Source: an uncultured Candidatus Saccharibacteria bacterium
GTDB lineage: Bacteria; Patescibacteriota; Minisyncoccia; Phycocordibacterales; G965230995
Direction: 5' to 3'
Assembly (NCBI GenBank): GCA_965230995.1
Contig: OZ246398.1
Coordinates: 592,213-656,212 of the forward strand
DNA: 64,000 nt
Of this stretch, positions 47,901 to 57,365 are shown piece after piece. Positions within the stretch are counted from its first letter, which is position 1. Every line of letters starts with the position of its first letter. The notes beneath the pieces are model-generated. The model had not been told where the DNA came from, searched no databases, and saw only the letters and a list, made by a program, of their open reading frames with translations. The position numbers and the translations under genes are program-made.

Positions 47901-48675
47901 TTGTTTCTTTGTGAACAGTTACTCTTGAAATAGAATAGACCGAAGATGGCGATACCGCATAAACAAATAGAAATGGGCTACTTTCTCTCGTTTCGATTTC
48001 TCCAATTTTTGCAACAACATAAACACCGCTGGCTTTTCTGATTATCATCACGTCGTCTTTCCTTATGTCTGTATCTTTTGGAACGGAAATTAGAAAATTG
48101 TTTGTTCCCTTTCCGGTCATTTCGTATCTCTCGGCCGTTCTTGAATTTTCAACAGTCAAAATATTTCCTCCATTTGAAGCAAGCAAGACTTTTGCAAGCG
48201 ATCCGTGTTTTTCTGAAATTGTGCCTAAAAATATATCTGATACAGATGTAACAGTGTCACCGACAGAAGCTTTTTCGGAACCAGTAATTACCATCATAGA
48301 AAATGGAGATTGGGGTGGAGTGGCTATAACATCTGCAATGTATTCATCTGCTGTGACATTAATTGATTTTAGTTTTAGATTTTCTTGTTTCAAAAAATCG
48401 TTCTGCAATCTATAACCACCAAGCTCATCTACAAGCTCTCTGAGTTTTTCATTTTGAATCGCCATCCTTGTCTGTCCAGAAAAATACGAAGTCACGATTT
48501 CATATCCAGACACTACCGTTGCCTTTACGGATAAAGAGCCTTTTGCAAAAAATGCTCCGATTGTAAAAAAGAAACCCGGAAATATAATCGTCACCAAAAT
48601 AACAGTCGCAACTGCAATAATTGCAATTCTCTTGCCCCCTCTATATGTTCTGTTACTTTTTAGGTGGTAAGGCAT
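47881..48675 (-). CDS. mreC: Rod shape-determining protein MreC.
   Basis: TM, coiled coil and beta-rich domain. Sits between mreB and mreD. Confidence 0.7.
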   Translation of the reverse strand: MPYHLKSNRTYRGGKRIAIIAVATVILVTIIFPGFFFTIGAFFAKGSLSVKATVVSGYEIVTSYFSGQTRMAIQNEKLRELVDELGGYRLQNDFLKQENLKLKSINVTADEYIADVIATPPQSPFSMMVITGSEKASVGDTVTSVSDIFLGTISEKHGSLAKVLLASNGGNILTVENSRTAERYEMTGKGTNNFLISVPKDTDIRKDDVMIIRKASGVYVVAKIGEIETRESSPFLFVYAVSPSSVYSISRVTVHKETNEEIIQ

Positions 48676-49732
48676 CTTCGTTTTGTATTAATACGTCTTG
48701 ATATTCCTCGAGATTTTCAAGAATAATTCCACAACCTCTTGCTACTGCCGTGAGAGGATCATTTGCTATATGTACTGGAATTTTTGCATTTTCTGCAATC
48801 AATGTATCTAGCCCTCGAATGAGTGCCCCGCCACCGATTAGATGCACCCCACGATGCATAACATCACCAAGAATTTCTGGTGGAGTCATTTCGAGAACTT
48901 CTTTTGTTGATTCAACAAGGTTATCTATCGAATGTGAAATTGCTTCTCTTATGTCGGAATCAGTAATAATAACTTCACGAGGAAGACCCGAGATCAAATC
49001 ACGACCTTTGATTGTAGCTTCTAGTGGTTCTTCGAGAGGAAGCACAGCCCCAATTGCAATCTTAATGTTTTCTGCTGTTTTTTCTCCGATTAAAATTTTG
49101 AATTCTGAACGAATGTAACTGATGATATCGTTGTTGAATTTATCGCCAGCAATTCGAAGGCTCTTTGAAGCAACTACACCCCCGAGAGAAATAACAGCAA
49201 TATCCGAAGTGCCACCACCAATATCTATAACCATATTTCCTACTGGTTCGTTAACAGGAAGCCTAATACCTATTGCACCAGCCATTGGTTCTTCGACAAT
49301 GAAAACCTCTCTCGCTCCAGCGTTTTTTGTAGCATCTCTAACAGCTCTGATTTCTACATTAGTAATTCCAGAAGGTACGCCGACAACTACACGTGGTCCA
49401 AAAATCTTTTTGCCTGTTTGTTGTGATTTGTTTAGCAAATAAGCAACCATTTCTTCTGTAATCTCAAAATCAGAAATGACACCGTCGACAACCGGCTTTA
49501 CAGCAGTAATATGTGCTGGAGTTCTACCGAGCATTTGTTTTGCCTGGATTCCAACCGCAACTACTTGCCCAGTCTTTTGGTTGACCGCAACAACAGATGG
49601 TTCGTTCATAACAATTCCACGACCCCTAACATACACAAGAGTATTTGCGGTACCAAGATCAATACCTATGTCATTGGATAGCAACCCCATCCATTTTTCT
49701 GGTGAGAATGTATTCTTTAAAAAGTCATTCAT
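48653..49732 (-). CDS. mreB: Actin-like MreB.
   Basis: IGIDLGTANTLVYV and actin-fold phosphate motifs. Confidence 0.9.
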   Translation of the reverse strand: MNDFLKNTFSPEKWMGLLSNDIGIDLGTANTLVYVRGRGIVMNEPSVVAVNQKTGQVVAVGIQAKQMLGRTPAHITAVKPVVDGVISDFEITEEMVAYLLNKSQQTGKKIFGPRVVVGVPSGITNVEIRAVRDATKNAGAREVFIVEEPMAGAIGIRLPVNEPVGNMVIDIGGGTSDIAVISLGGVVASKSLRIAGDKFNNDIISYIRSEFKILIGEKTAENIKIAIGAVLPLEEPLEATIKGRDLISGLPREVIITDSDIREAISHSIDNLVESTKEVLEMTPPEILGDVMHRGVHLIGGGALIRGLDTLIAENAKIPVHIANDPLTAVARGCGIILENLEEYQDVLIQNEDALPPKK

Positions 49733-49734
49733 AA

Positions 49735-50985
49735 TTATTTCAAGGCGGACAAAACGTCCTCTATGGCAATTTTCTTTATTTCTCCTGTCGCTCTGTCTTT
49801 CATTTCTACCTCGTTTCCTTCTAGAGTTTTTTCACTGACAATTAGTCTTGTTGGTATTCCGATTAAATCGCTGTCTGCAAATTTTTCTCCAGGTCTCGCA
49901 TTTCTGTCATCCCACAATACAGAGATACCTGCCTGCCATAATTTTTTGTATATATTATCACTTTCTTTCAAGACTTTTTCGCTGTCGCCAATACTGATTA
50001 GATGAACGAGGAACGGAGCAACACCTTTTGGCCAGATTATTCCATTTTCGTCGTGTGAGGCTTCTACTACTGTCCCAATCAATCTGCTTAGGCCTATACC
50101 ATAACATCCCATATAGACTTCTTTTTGGTTACTTTTTTCGTCTTTAAACATATATTCAAAAGGAGCAGAATATTTTGTTTTGAGTTTAAAAATATTTCCA
50201 ACCTCGACAGCTTTTTCTTCGATTAAATCCTCGCGTTTAACACCAATTTCTGATAGGACTTCGTCGTTTAAGGCTTCTTTGTTTATAGCTATCCCCTTCT
50301 TTTTGTCTATGTAAATTAAATCTTCACCAGCAGAGGTAAGGGTCTGAAATTCGTGTGAATATTTACTAAATGAACCGCCCAAAGCAAAGGTCAGATATGT
50401 TTTTTCTCCTATACCAATTCGATTAAATATTTTTCTGTAGGCTCCAGATACTGTTTCGTAATATTTGTCCATATCAGGAATCTCTGTATGGAAAGAATAC
50501 ATATCCTTCATTATGAATTCCCTACCTCGAAGTATTCCTGATTTTGCGCGCATTTCCATTCGGAATTTAGTCTGAAATTGATACGCAGAAAAAGGCAGAT
50601 CTTTGTATGACAAACCAAATTCTTTTGCGATTGGGACAATTAATTCTTCGTGTGTTGGACCGAGAGCAACTTCTCTTCCTGAACTATCCGAGACTTTGTA
50701 CAGATCATCCATTGTTTCCCATCTACCTGTTTTTAGCCAATTTTCTTTTGGCTGAAATGATGTCATAAGTATTTCCTGCCCTCCGATTGCATTCATTTCC
50801 TCGCGTATGATGTTTTCTATTTTTTTATACACAAGTAGACCAAGCGGAAGCAAAGAATATACACCTGCCATTTCTTTGTGAATAAAGCCAGCCCTAATAA
50901 GGAGGCTCGCATTAATAGAGACCTCGTCTTTTGGCGCCTCTCTTCTTGTTTTTGTAAATAGTTTTGACTGAAGCATATATGCCAA
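49735..50985 (-). CDS. proS: Prolyl-tRNA synthetase (short form without the INS editing domain).
   Basis: Close match to the bacterial ProRS N-terminus and class II motifs (FRMEMRAKSGILRGREF). Confidence 0.8.
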   Translation of the reverse strand: MAYMLQSKLFTKTRREAPKDEVSINASLLIRAGFIHKEMAGVYSLLPLGLLVYKKIENIIREEMNAIGGQEILMTSFQPKENWLKTGRWETMDDLYKVSDSSGREVALGPTHEELIVPIAKEFGLSYKDLPFSAYQFQTKFRMEMRAKSGILRGREFIMKDMYSFHTEIPDMDKYYETVSGAYRKIFNRIGIGEKTYLTFALGGSFSKYSHEFQTLTSAGEDLIYIDKKKGIAINKEALNDEVLSEIGVKREDLIEEKAVEVGNIFKLKTKYSAPFEYMFKDEKSNQKEVYMGCYGIGLSRLIGTVVEASHDENGIIWPKGVAPFLVHLISIGDSEKVLKESDNIYKKLWQAGISVLWDDRNARPGEKFADSDLIGIPTRLIVSEKTLEGNEVEMKDRATGEIKKIAIEDVLSALK

Positions 50986-51053
50986 TATTACCGCAAAACA
51001 AAAAACGGGTCAAAAAAGCATTATTTTATAACACACCTTTAGAAAATGGCTAT

Positions 51054-52151
51054 TTAAAAGAATTTTAGGATGTCGCTAAAGGTAACCACGATCATAAGCA
51101 AAATCAAGGCTGAAAATCCTGCCATATTTATCCATGAAATTATCTTTGGAGAAATCGGTTTTCTCATAACAGCTTCAATCAATACAAAGACTATTTGACC
51201 ACCGTCTAGAGCTGGAAATGGAATTAGGTTAAGCACCGCCAAGTTCACAGAGATGATTGCGATAAATGTTACCAGATAAGAAATGCCGAGTTTTGAAGCG
51301 TCCCCCACCATATTTGCAATACCAACTGGACCGCTCACCTGCGAGAGGGCTCCGTCTTTACCTGTAAACAAATCGCCGAAAAAGTTCCACATAGAAACCA
51401 CTGTCATTTTTGTTATATCCACCGTTGTCATATATCCTTCAGCGAGGGCTTTGTGTATTGGCAATGACACATTAATCAAATCACTAAAAGCAATACCGAC
51501 AGCTTTTTTGTCTGGAATTATTCCATCTTTTGGTGTGACTTGTATTTGGATATTTTCCTCGCCTCTCTTTATATCAAAAACAATTGGGCTGTTTTGATTT
51601 TCAGAAATAAATTCAGTTAATTTGTCTGAATCCATTTGTGTCAAAGTATTATTTCCAGATTTTACAGACAATACAACATCCCCCGCACCTATACCCATCT
51701 CTTGTGCTGGGCTATTTTGAGAAACCATCGTGACAGTTGTAAGTCCTTTGTCTGTTCTACCAAGAAAGCCCTCAGGAGCAGAAACTCCGAGCATATATAC
51801 AAAAGAAAAACAAAGCCAAGCAAAAATGAAATTAAACAATACACCCGCAACCAGAACAGCTAATCTTGATAGTTTTGGTTTGTTTAAAAAGCTATCATTT
51901 TTGTCATAGTTTTGATTATCTAGACTTTCTACATCTGATGCTGTTTCCCCAAATATTTTTACAAAACCTCCAAGCGGTACAATGTTTATAGAATACAGTG
52001 TCTCACCAATTTTTTTCGAAAATATTTTTGGCGGGAAACCAATTGCAAATTCAAGCACCTTCATTTTTGTTGCCTTTGCAACCAAAAAATGCCCTAGCTC
52101 GTGTACAAAAACGAGTAGACCTAGAACTAAAATAAATAAAATGACTGTCAT
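51054..52151 (-). CDS. rseP: Site-2 protease RseP (M50) with a PDZ domain.
   Basis: HELGHFLVAK (HExxH), PDZ domain and C-terminal LDGG. Confidence 0.85.
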   Translation of the reverse strand: MTVILFILVLGLLVFVHELGHFLVAKATKMKVLEFAIGFPPKIFSKKIGETLYSINIVPLGGFVKIFGETASDVESLDNQNYDKNDSFLNKPKLSRLAVLVAGVLFNFIFAWLCFSFVYMLGVSAPEGFLGRTDKGLTTVTMVSQNSPAQEMGIGAGDVVLSVKSGNNTLTQMDSDKLTEFISENQNSPIVFDIKRGEENIQIQVTPKDGIIPDKKAVGIAFSDLINVSLPIHKALAEGYMTTVDITKMTVVSMWNFFGDLFTGKDGALSQVSGPVGIANMVGDASKLGISYLVTFIAIISVNLAVLNLIPFPALDGGQIVFVLIEAVMRKPISPKIISWINMAGFSALILLMIVVTFSDILKFF

Positions 52152-52703
52152 TTAATTTTGTATTTCTTCTTCCTTTTTTGCTAAATGTTCTTCAAATTTT
52201 TTGTTAGCTTCATCAACAAATTTTTGCATTTCTTCTTTGCTTCTGAATTTTTCGTCTTCGTTCATAAGACCGTCTTTTTCTTTCTTTTGTATGTCGCTCC
52301 AAACATTTTCTCTGTGCATACGGAGAGACACTCTGGCGTCTTCTAGTTTTTGTTTTGAAAGTTTTATCAATTGTGTCCTTCTCTCACCTGTAAGTTCTGG
52401 AAAAATAACACGAAGAGATTTTCCATCTGAATTTACAGACAAGCCAAGATCTGCAGATATGATTGCTTTTTCTACCGCAGAAACAATAGAAGTATCCCAA
52501 GGGGTGACTTTTAGTGTTCTGGCGTCTTCAGATGCGATATTAGCAACATTTTTAACCGGCATAAAAGAACCGTATGATTCAACCATTACTTTGTCCAAGA
52601 TGAGCGGTGTCGCCCTGCCAGTTCTAACCAGAGAAAATTCTGATATAAGCCAGTTTTCTACCTCCTGTATTTTGTTTTTGAAGTCGTTAAAATTGTATAC
52701 CAT
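52152..52703 (-). CDS. frr: Ribosome recycling factor.
   Basis: RRF family pattern across the full length. Confidence 0.85.
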   Translation of the reverse strand: MVYNFNDFKNKIQEVENWLISEFSLVRTGRATPLILDKVMVESYGSFMPVKNVANIASEDARTLKVTPWDTSIVSAVEKAIISADLGLSVNSDGKSLRVIFPELTGERRTQLIKLSKQKLEDARVSLRMHRENVWSDIQKKEKDGLMNEDEKFRSKEEMQKFVDEANKKFEEHLAKKEEEIQN

Positions 52704-52730
52704 ATTTTTGTTTTATTTATGTTTAGATTA

Positions 52731-53225
52731 TCAGATGAGAGCGACCGCGACAATTGCTATAGCCCAAATCCCTACTTGCATAACAATACCAATTCCAGGC
52801 CTGCCATCAAATCTCTTTTTTGAATGAACTAAATTATGGAATTTAATATACCAGCCTAGCCATTTAGCTTTTGTCTTGAAAAATAGAAACTGAAAAAAGT
52901 CAGGTAATATCGCAAACACCGCACCAAGCAAAGCAATATACAGATGATTTCCAACAAGCAAAAACATTATTACCAGAGGAAGAGATAGCCCGAGTAAGCC
53001 ATCAAATGCCACCCTACACATATCAGGATACAAATGATGATTTCTGATAATTTTTGTAAGCAGTGGATCTTTTTGTGATTCTAGAGATTTTAGCTCGTAG
53101 TCCCAGTGAGGAATTGCATCGAGCAAAAAATGACTTGCAAAAGCAAGAACCGCACCGAGCACAGGTGAATTCGGCATAGACAGCGCTATCGAGGCTCCAA
53201 CAATTCCGTGTGTAACTAATATCAT
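52731..53225 (-). CDS. Membrane-bound metal-dependent hydrolase-like protein (DUF457/YdjM-like).
   Basis: His-rich polytopic membrane protein (HFLLDAIPHW). Confidence 0.4.
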   Translation of the reverse strand: MILVTHGIVGASIALSMPNSPVLGAVLAFASHFLLDAIPHWDYELKSLESQKDPLLTKIIRNHHLYPDMCRVAFDGLLGLSLPLVIMFLLVGNHLYIALLGAVFAILPDFFQFLFFKTKAKWLGWYIKFHNLVHSKKRFDGRPGIGIVMQVGIWAIAIVAVALI

Positions 53226-53881
53226 TTTTTTTGTAATGGCAAAATTAAAGCAATATGTTCAAGTGTCATTTTGATTGGCGATGTCGGTTTGCCTATTTCT
53301 CTTGATGCTGTAAGCAAACATCTCGCCAAATCTTCTACCAGTATACCTTTATTTTTAGAAAAAGCATAAATATTTCTCACGTATGTCATCGCTTTTTTTC
53401 TATCTTTGTCTTTGTTAATCTTTTCTGCAATTTTCAAACGTTCTAGAATTGTTCCAAAAATAAAATCATCTGCAATATTTTCTTCGTGATCATCCTTCAA
53501 ATCGATCTCAACAACCCGAGATATAATTGTTGGTAATGCAAAACCTTTGCTTTGTGTTAAAAAGAAAAAATGTGTTCCAAGATCTGGTTCCTCTATTAAT
53601 TTTAAAAGTGCATTTTGAGCTTCGTGAAGTATAGAATTAAATTCTACTAAAAATATTCTTTTTTCAGAAAAAGATTTTCTGGAGCTCGCATATAATATTT
53701 CGTGGGCAACATCAATTGATATATTGTCACAAACATAATTAAAGAAATCTGGATTGTTTTCTTTTTTTACATTACATTTCTCGGATAAATATCTAATGAC
53801 TAATTCTCTAGACATATCCAAATCGCCATAGATTATATAGGCATGGTGTAGATTCTCTGGATTTGGAAAAATATCCGTCAT
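53222..53881 (-). CDS. holB: DNA polymerase III delta'-like clamp-loader subunit.
   Basis: HHAYIIYG and NALLKLIEEP box; no intact P-loop. Start taken at the internal Met to avoid a 100-nt overlap. Confidence 0.55.
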   Translation of the reverse strand: MTDIFPNPENLHHAYIIYGDLDMSRELVIRYLSEKCNVKKENNPDFFNYVCDNISIDVAHEILYASSRKSFSEKRIFLVEFNSILHEAQNALLKLIEEPDLGTHFFFLTQSKGFALPTIISRVVEIDLKDDHEENIADDFIFGTILERLKIAEKINKDKDRKKAMTYVRNIYAFSKNKGILVEDLARCLLTASREIGKPTSPIKMTLEHIALILPLQKK

Positions 53882-54912
53882 CTTTTTGAAATAACGCTTT
53901 TTTTGTATGTATCCAAGTGATCGAGGGCAATACCAGTTCCTCTTGCAACACAATACAGAGGGTCTTTTGCAGTGGCACATTTTACTCCAGTTCGTCTGAA
54001 TACGAGTTCAGGCAAATTTCGAAGCTGGGACGATCCACCGGTCATAATTATTCCTTTATCGATAATATCAGAAGACAATTCTGGAGGAGTTTCTTGCAAG
54101 ACATCTTTTATAGCTTTTATCATTTCCCTTAGTTCTTTTGTAATTGCTTTTACTATTTCGTTGGTTTTAATTTCAACCGATCTTGGTAGACCAGAAATAA
54201 AATCTCTTCCTCTTATCACCATCGACAATTCTTCTTCGAGGGGTATCGCCGAGCCAATAGCAATTTTGATGTCTTCTGCCATTTTATCTCCGATTGCGAG
54301 GTTAAAGGTTTTCTTTATATAGTCAGCAATAGCATGATCCATTTTATTTCCAGCAACCTTTACTGAAGTCGAAGCCACAATTCCTCCAAGAGAAATCACA
54401 GCAACGTCTGTTGTGCCACCCCCTATATCAACGATCATATGGCCCACGGCCTCTTGGATTGGAATACCAGCACCGATTGCTGCGAGAATTGGCTCTTTTA
54501 CTATGTATGCATTTTTTGCACCGGCTTTTATGACAGCTTCAATGACAGCTCTGCGTTCAGTAGAAGTCACACCAGCAGGAACAGACACGAGCACGTCGGG
54601 TCTAAACAAAGTAAATTTTCCGAGAGCCTTGTCGATATAATATCTAAGCATTGCTTCGGTGACCCTATAATCAGCTATCACCCCGTCTTTTAGTGGTCTG
54701 TACGCAATTATATTTTCTGGAGTTCTACCAATCATTTCTTTTGCATCATTTCCGATAGCTAAAATTTTGTTGTCTTCCTCGGAAACAGCAACAACAGAAG
54801 GTTCGTTTAAAACAATCCCCTTTCCTTTTACGTAAACCAAGGTATTTGCAGTACCTAAATCAATCCCAAGTTTTGTTCCGAAAATTCCCATATAGTCCCT
54901 ATAATAGTACAA
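53878..54912 (-). CDS. Second MreB-family actin homolog (Mbl-like paralog).
   Basis: LGIDLGTANTLVYVKG; paralog of 48653-49732. Confidence 0.85.
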   Translation of the reverse strand: MYYYRDYMGIFGTKLGIDLGTANTLVYVKGKGIVLNEPSVVAVSEEDNKILAIGNDAKEMIGRTPENIIAYRPLKDGVIADYRVTEAMLRYYIDKALGKFTLFRPDVLVSVPAGVTSTERRAVIEAVIKAGAKNAYIVKEPILAAIGAGIPIQEAVGHMIVDIGGGTTDVAVISLGGIVASTSVKVAGNKMDHAIADYIKKTFNLAIGDKMAEDIKIAIGSAIPLEEELSMVIRGRDFISGLPRSVEIKTNEIVKAITKELREMIKAIKDVLQETPPELSSDIIDKGIIMTGGSSQLRNLPELVFRRTGVKCATAKDPLYCVARGTGIALDHLDTYKKSVISKR

Positions 54913-55001
54913 AATCAGGAAAGCTCAAATAAGGGGAGTTTTAAATGTTATCCACTTTTAATTTATATCATATATGATATAATGCTTGGAAACATAAAAA
55001 T

Positions 55002-56534
55002 ATGAAAAACGACACAACAAAACAAATCCAGAAGGCTCTCGGCTCTCTTGTTCGTAACATAAGAGAAGAAAAAAATATTACCCAAGCAGATTTTGCAAAG
55101 AAACTTGGCACAACACAGAGCGCCGTTGCACGTATGGAAAATGGCGAACAAAACCTCAGCACTGCAATGCTCGAGAAAATAAGTGAGACTCTAAAAAGAG
55201 ACCTCGTTCACATATCAGACGGTGCCCTAAATATAAAAATCGAGGGCGGACATCCATTGTCTGGTGAAATTACAACCAAAACCTCAAAAAATGGTGCAAT
55301 GGGACTTTTGGCTGCTTCCCTATTAAATAAAGGCACAACCATATTAAAAAACGTTCCAAAAATAGAAGAAGTAAACCGAATGGTAGAAGTCTTCGAAAGT
55401 ATTGGCATTTCAATGAAATGGCGAGGAAATGATTTGGAAATAAATCCACCAGAAAAACTTTCTTTGGAAAAATTGAACAAAGACTCTGCTTCCAAAACAA
55501 GAAGCATAGTTATGTTGATCGGACCATTAATCCACCACCTAAATAATTTCTCTCTTCCAGAACCAGGTGGATGCAAATTAGGTTCGAGAACTGTGAGACC
55601 ACATTTCTATGCCCTTGAAAATCTCGGAGTAGATATTAAAGCCACATCAAATAGCTATGAAATTTCATACAAAAAATTAAAACCAGCAGAAATCATTCTC
55701 TATGAATCTGGTGATACAGTAACAGAAAACGCGATAATTGCTGCCGCTGGTATTCCAGGAAAAACAGTCATCAAATACGCTTCTGCCAACTATATGGGGC
55801 AAGAGGTCTGCCATTTTCTCGAGGAGCTCGGAGTAAAAATCGAAGGAATTGGTACGACAACAATTACAGTCCACGGTCAAAGTGACATAAACAAATCTGT
55901 TACATATTCCCTTTCCGAAGACCCAATTGAATCTATGTTCTTTATTGCAGTAGCAATAGTCACAAATTCAAATATCACAATAAAAAGATGCCCCATTGAT
56001 TTTCTCGAGATTGAACTTCTCAAATTAGAAAAAATGGGATTCAAATACAAGAAATCAAAAAGATACAAAGCAAACAACGGTAAAACAGATTTGGTTGACA
56101 TAGAAACTTTCCCTTCGAAACTAAAAGCTCTCGAAGAAAAAATTCACCCGAATGTCTATCCGGGACTAAATATGGACAACCTTCCGTTCTTTACTGTAAT
56201 AGCCACCCAAGCAAAAGGTATGACTCTGATACACGACTGGGTATATGAAAAAAGAGCAATATATTTCAAGGATCTAGAAAAACTTGGAGCAGACATACTT
56301 CTCGCCGACCAACACAGATTGTTTATAAAAGGACCAACAGAATTAAAACCAGCCGAAGTAATCTGTCCGCCTGCCCTAAGACCAGGTGCCGTAATCCTAA
56401 TAGGAATGCTCGGAGCCAAAGGAACATCAATACTTCGAAACATCTACAGCATAAACAGAGGTTATGAGGATATAGTCGAGAGATTGAACAGTATAGGTGC
56501 AAAAATACGCATATTAAGAGAAATAGAAAGATAG
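55002..56534 (+). CDS. murA: XRE-type HTH domain fused to UDP-GlcNAc 1-carboxyvinyltransferase (MurA).
   Basis: N-terminal ~70 aa HTH_3 (ITQADFAKKLGTTQSAVARMENG). EPT-fold body with GGHPLSGEITTKTSKNGAMGLLAASLL and active-site loop GGCKLGSRTVRPH (Cys conserved). Confidence 0.75.
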   Translation: MKNDTTKQIQKALGSLVRNIREEKNITQADFAKKLGTTQSAVARMENGEQNLSTAMLEKISETLKRDLVHISDGALNIKIEGGHPLSGEITTKTSKNGAMGLLAASLLNKGTTILKNVPKIEEVNRMVEVFESIGISMKWRGNDLEINPPEKLSLEKLNKDSASKTRSIVMLIGPLIHHLNNFSLPEPGGCKLGSRTVRPHFYALENLGVDIKATSNSYEISYKKLKPAEIILYESGDTVTENAIIAAAGIPGKTVIKYASANYMGQEVCHFLEELGVKIEGIGTTTITVHGQSDINKSVTYSLSEDPIESMFFIAVAIVTNSNITIKRCPIDFLEIELLKLEKMGFKYKKSKRYKANNGKTDLVDIETFPSKLKALEEKIHPNVYPGLNMDNLPFFTVIATQAKGMTLIHDWVYEKRAIYFKDLEKLGADILLADQHRLFIKGPTELKPAEVICPPALRPGAVILIGMLGAKGTSILRNIYSINRGYEDIVERLNSIGAKIRILREIER

Positions 56535-56572
56535 TCGTTGCCAATTAAATAAATTTTTGTAGTATTAACGAT

Positions 56573-57361
56573 ATGAAAATCAGAAAAGCCCACATCTACA
56601 GCATAGTGTCAGGAATAATCCTCGCTCTTGTAATAATATTCTTTGGATCAGGATATAGAATTGAAGATTTCAAAGTCGTCAGAGCAGGATCAATCGAACT
56701 CTCAATACCACATAAGGGTTCTGTTATTTACCTAAACAACAAAGAATACAAGACAACCAAAATCGACAATCAGACAGTAAAAATTTCTGGATTGCCAAAA
56801 CGTACACAATCAATAATTGTTGCCAAACAAGGAAAGTGGCCTTGGGCAAAAGAAGTCTATACAAACAGAAACTACAAACACGAATTTTCTGTATGGAATA
56901 TAGACGAAGTTTCTTCAATGGAAATTGTAAACAAAGATACTGCTTTATATGCAGAAAAATCATCTTTGATTGCTTCACAAAAATTACCTAGCGAAGAACT
57001 GCCACTTTATTCAAGTGACAGAAAGATGTCTCTATATGTAAAAAATTCGACCGTATATGTAACATGGTATGGCGACGCACAATCTGTCCCATCATTATTC
57101 TGTGATGAAAAAATGGCATGTAAAAGAACTGTTTCTTTAATATCTCTTGCAAAAAATGTCTCTGGAATATTCTTCTATCCAAACACAAATGACAGAATAA
57201 TCATTTCATCCGAAGGTTATGTGAGTGCTCTCGAAATCGCAAAAGAAGGAAATCAGAATTTCCAATACATAACACTTAGTCCGAACCCAACAATCACTCT
57301 AGACGAAAATACCCTATACATAAAAGACGGAGAAGCAATGGGCAAATTAGTGCTACAATAG
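56573..57361 (+). CDS. Membrane-anchored hypothetical protein.
   Basis: N-terminal TM followed by a beta-rich extracytoplasmic domain. Confidence 0.45.
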   Translation: MKIRKAHIYSIVSGIILALVIIFFGSGYRIEDFKVVRAGSIELSIPHKGSVIYLNNKEYKTTKIDNQTVKISGLPKRTQSIIVAKQGKWPWAKEVYTNRNYKHEFSVWNIDEVSSMEIVNKDTALYAEKSSLIASQKLPSEELPLYSSDRKMSLYVKNSTVYVTWYGDAQSVPSLFCDEKMACKRTVSLISLAKNVSGIFFYPNTNDRIIISSEGYVSALEIAKEGNQNFQYITLSPNPTITLDENTLYIKDGEAMGKLVLQ

Positions 57362-57365
57362 AAAT

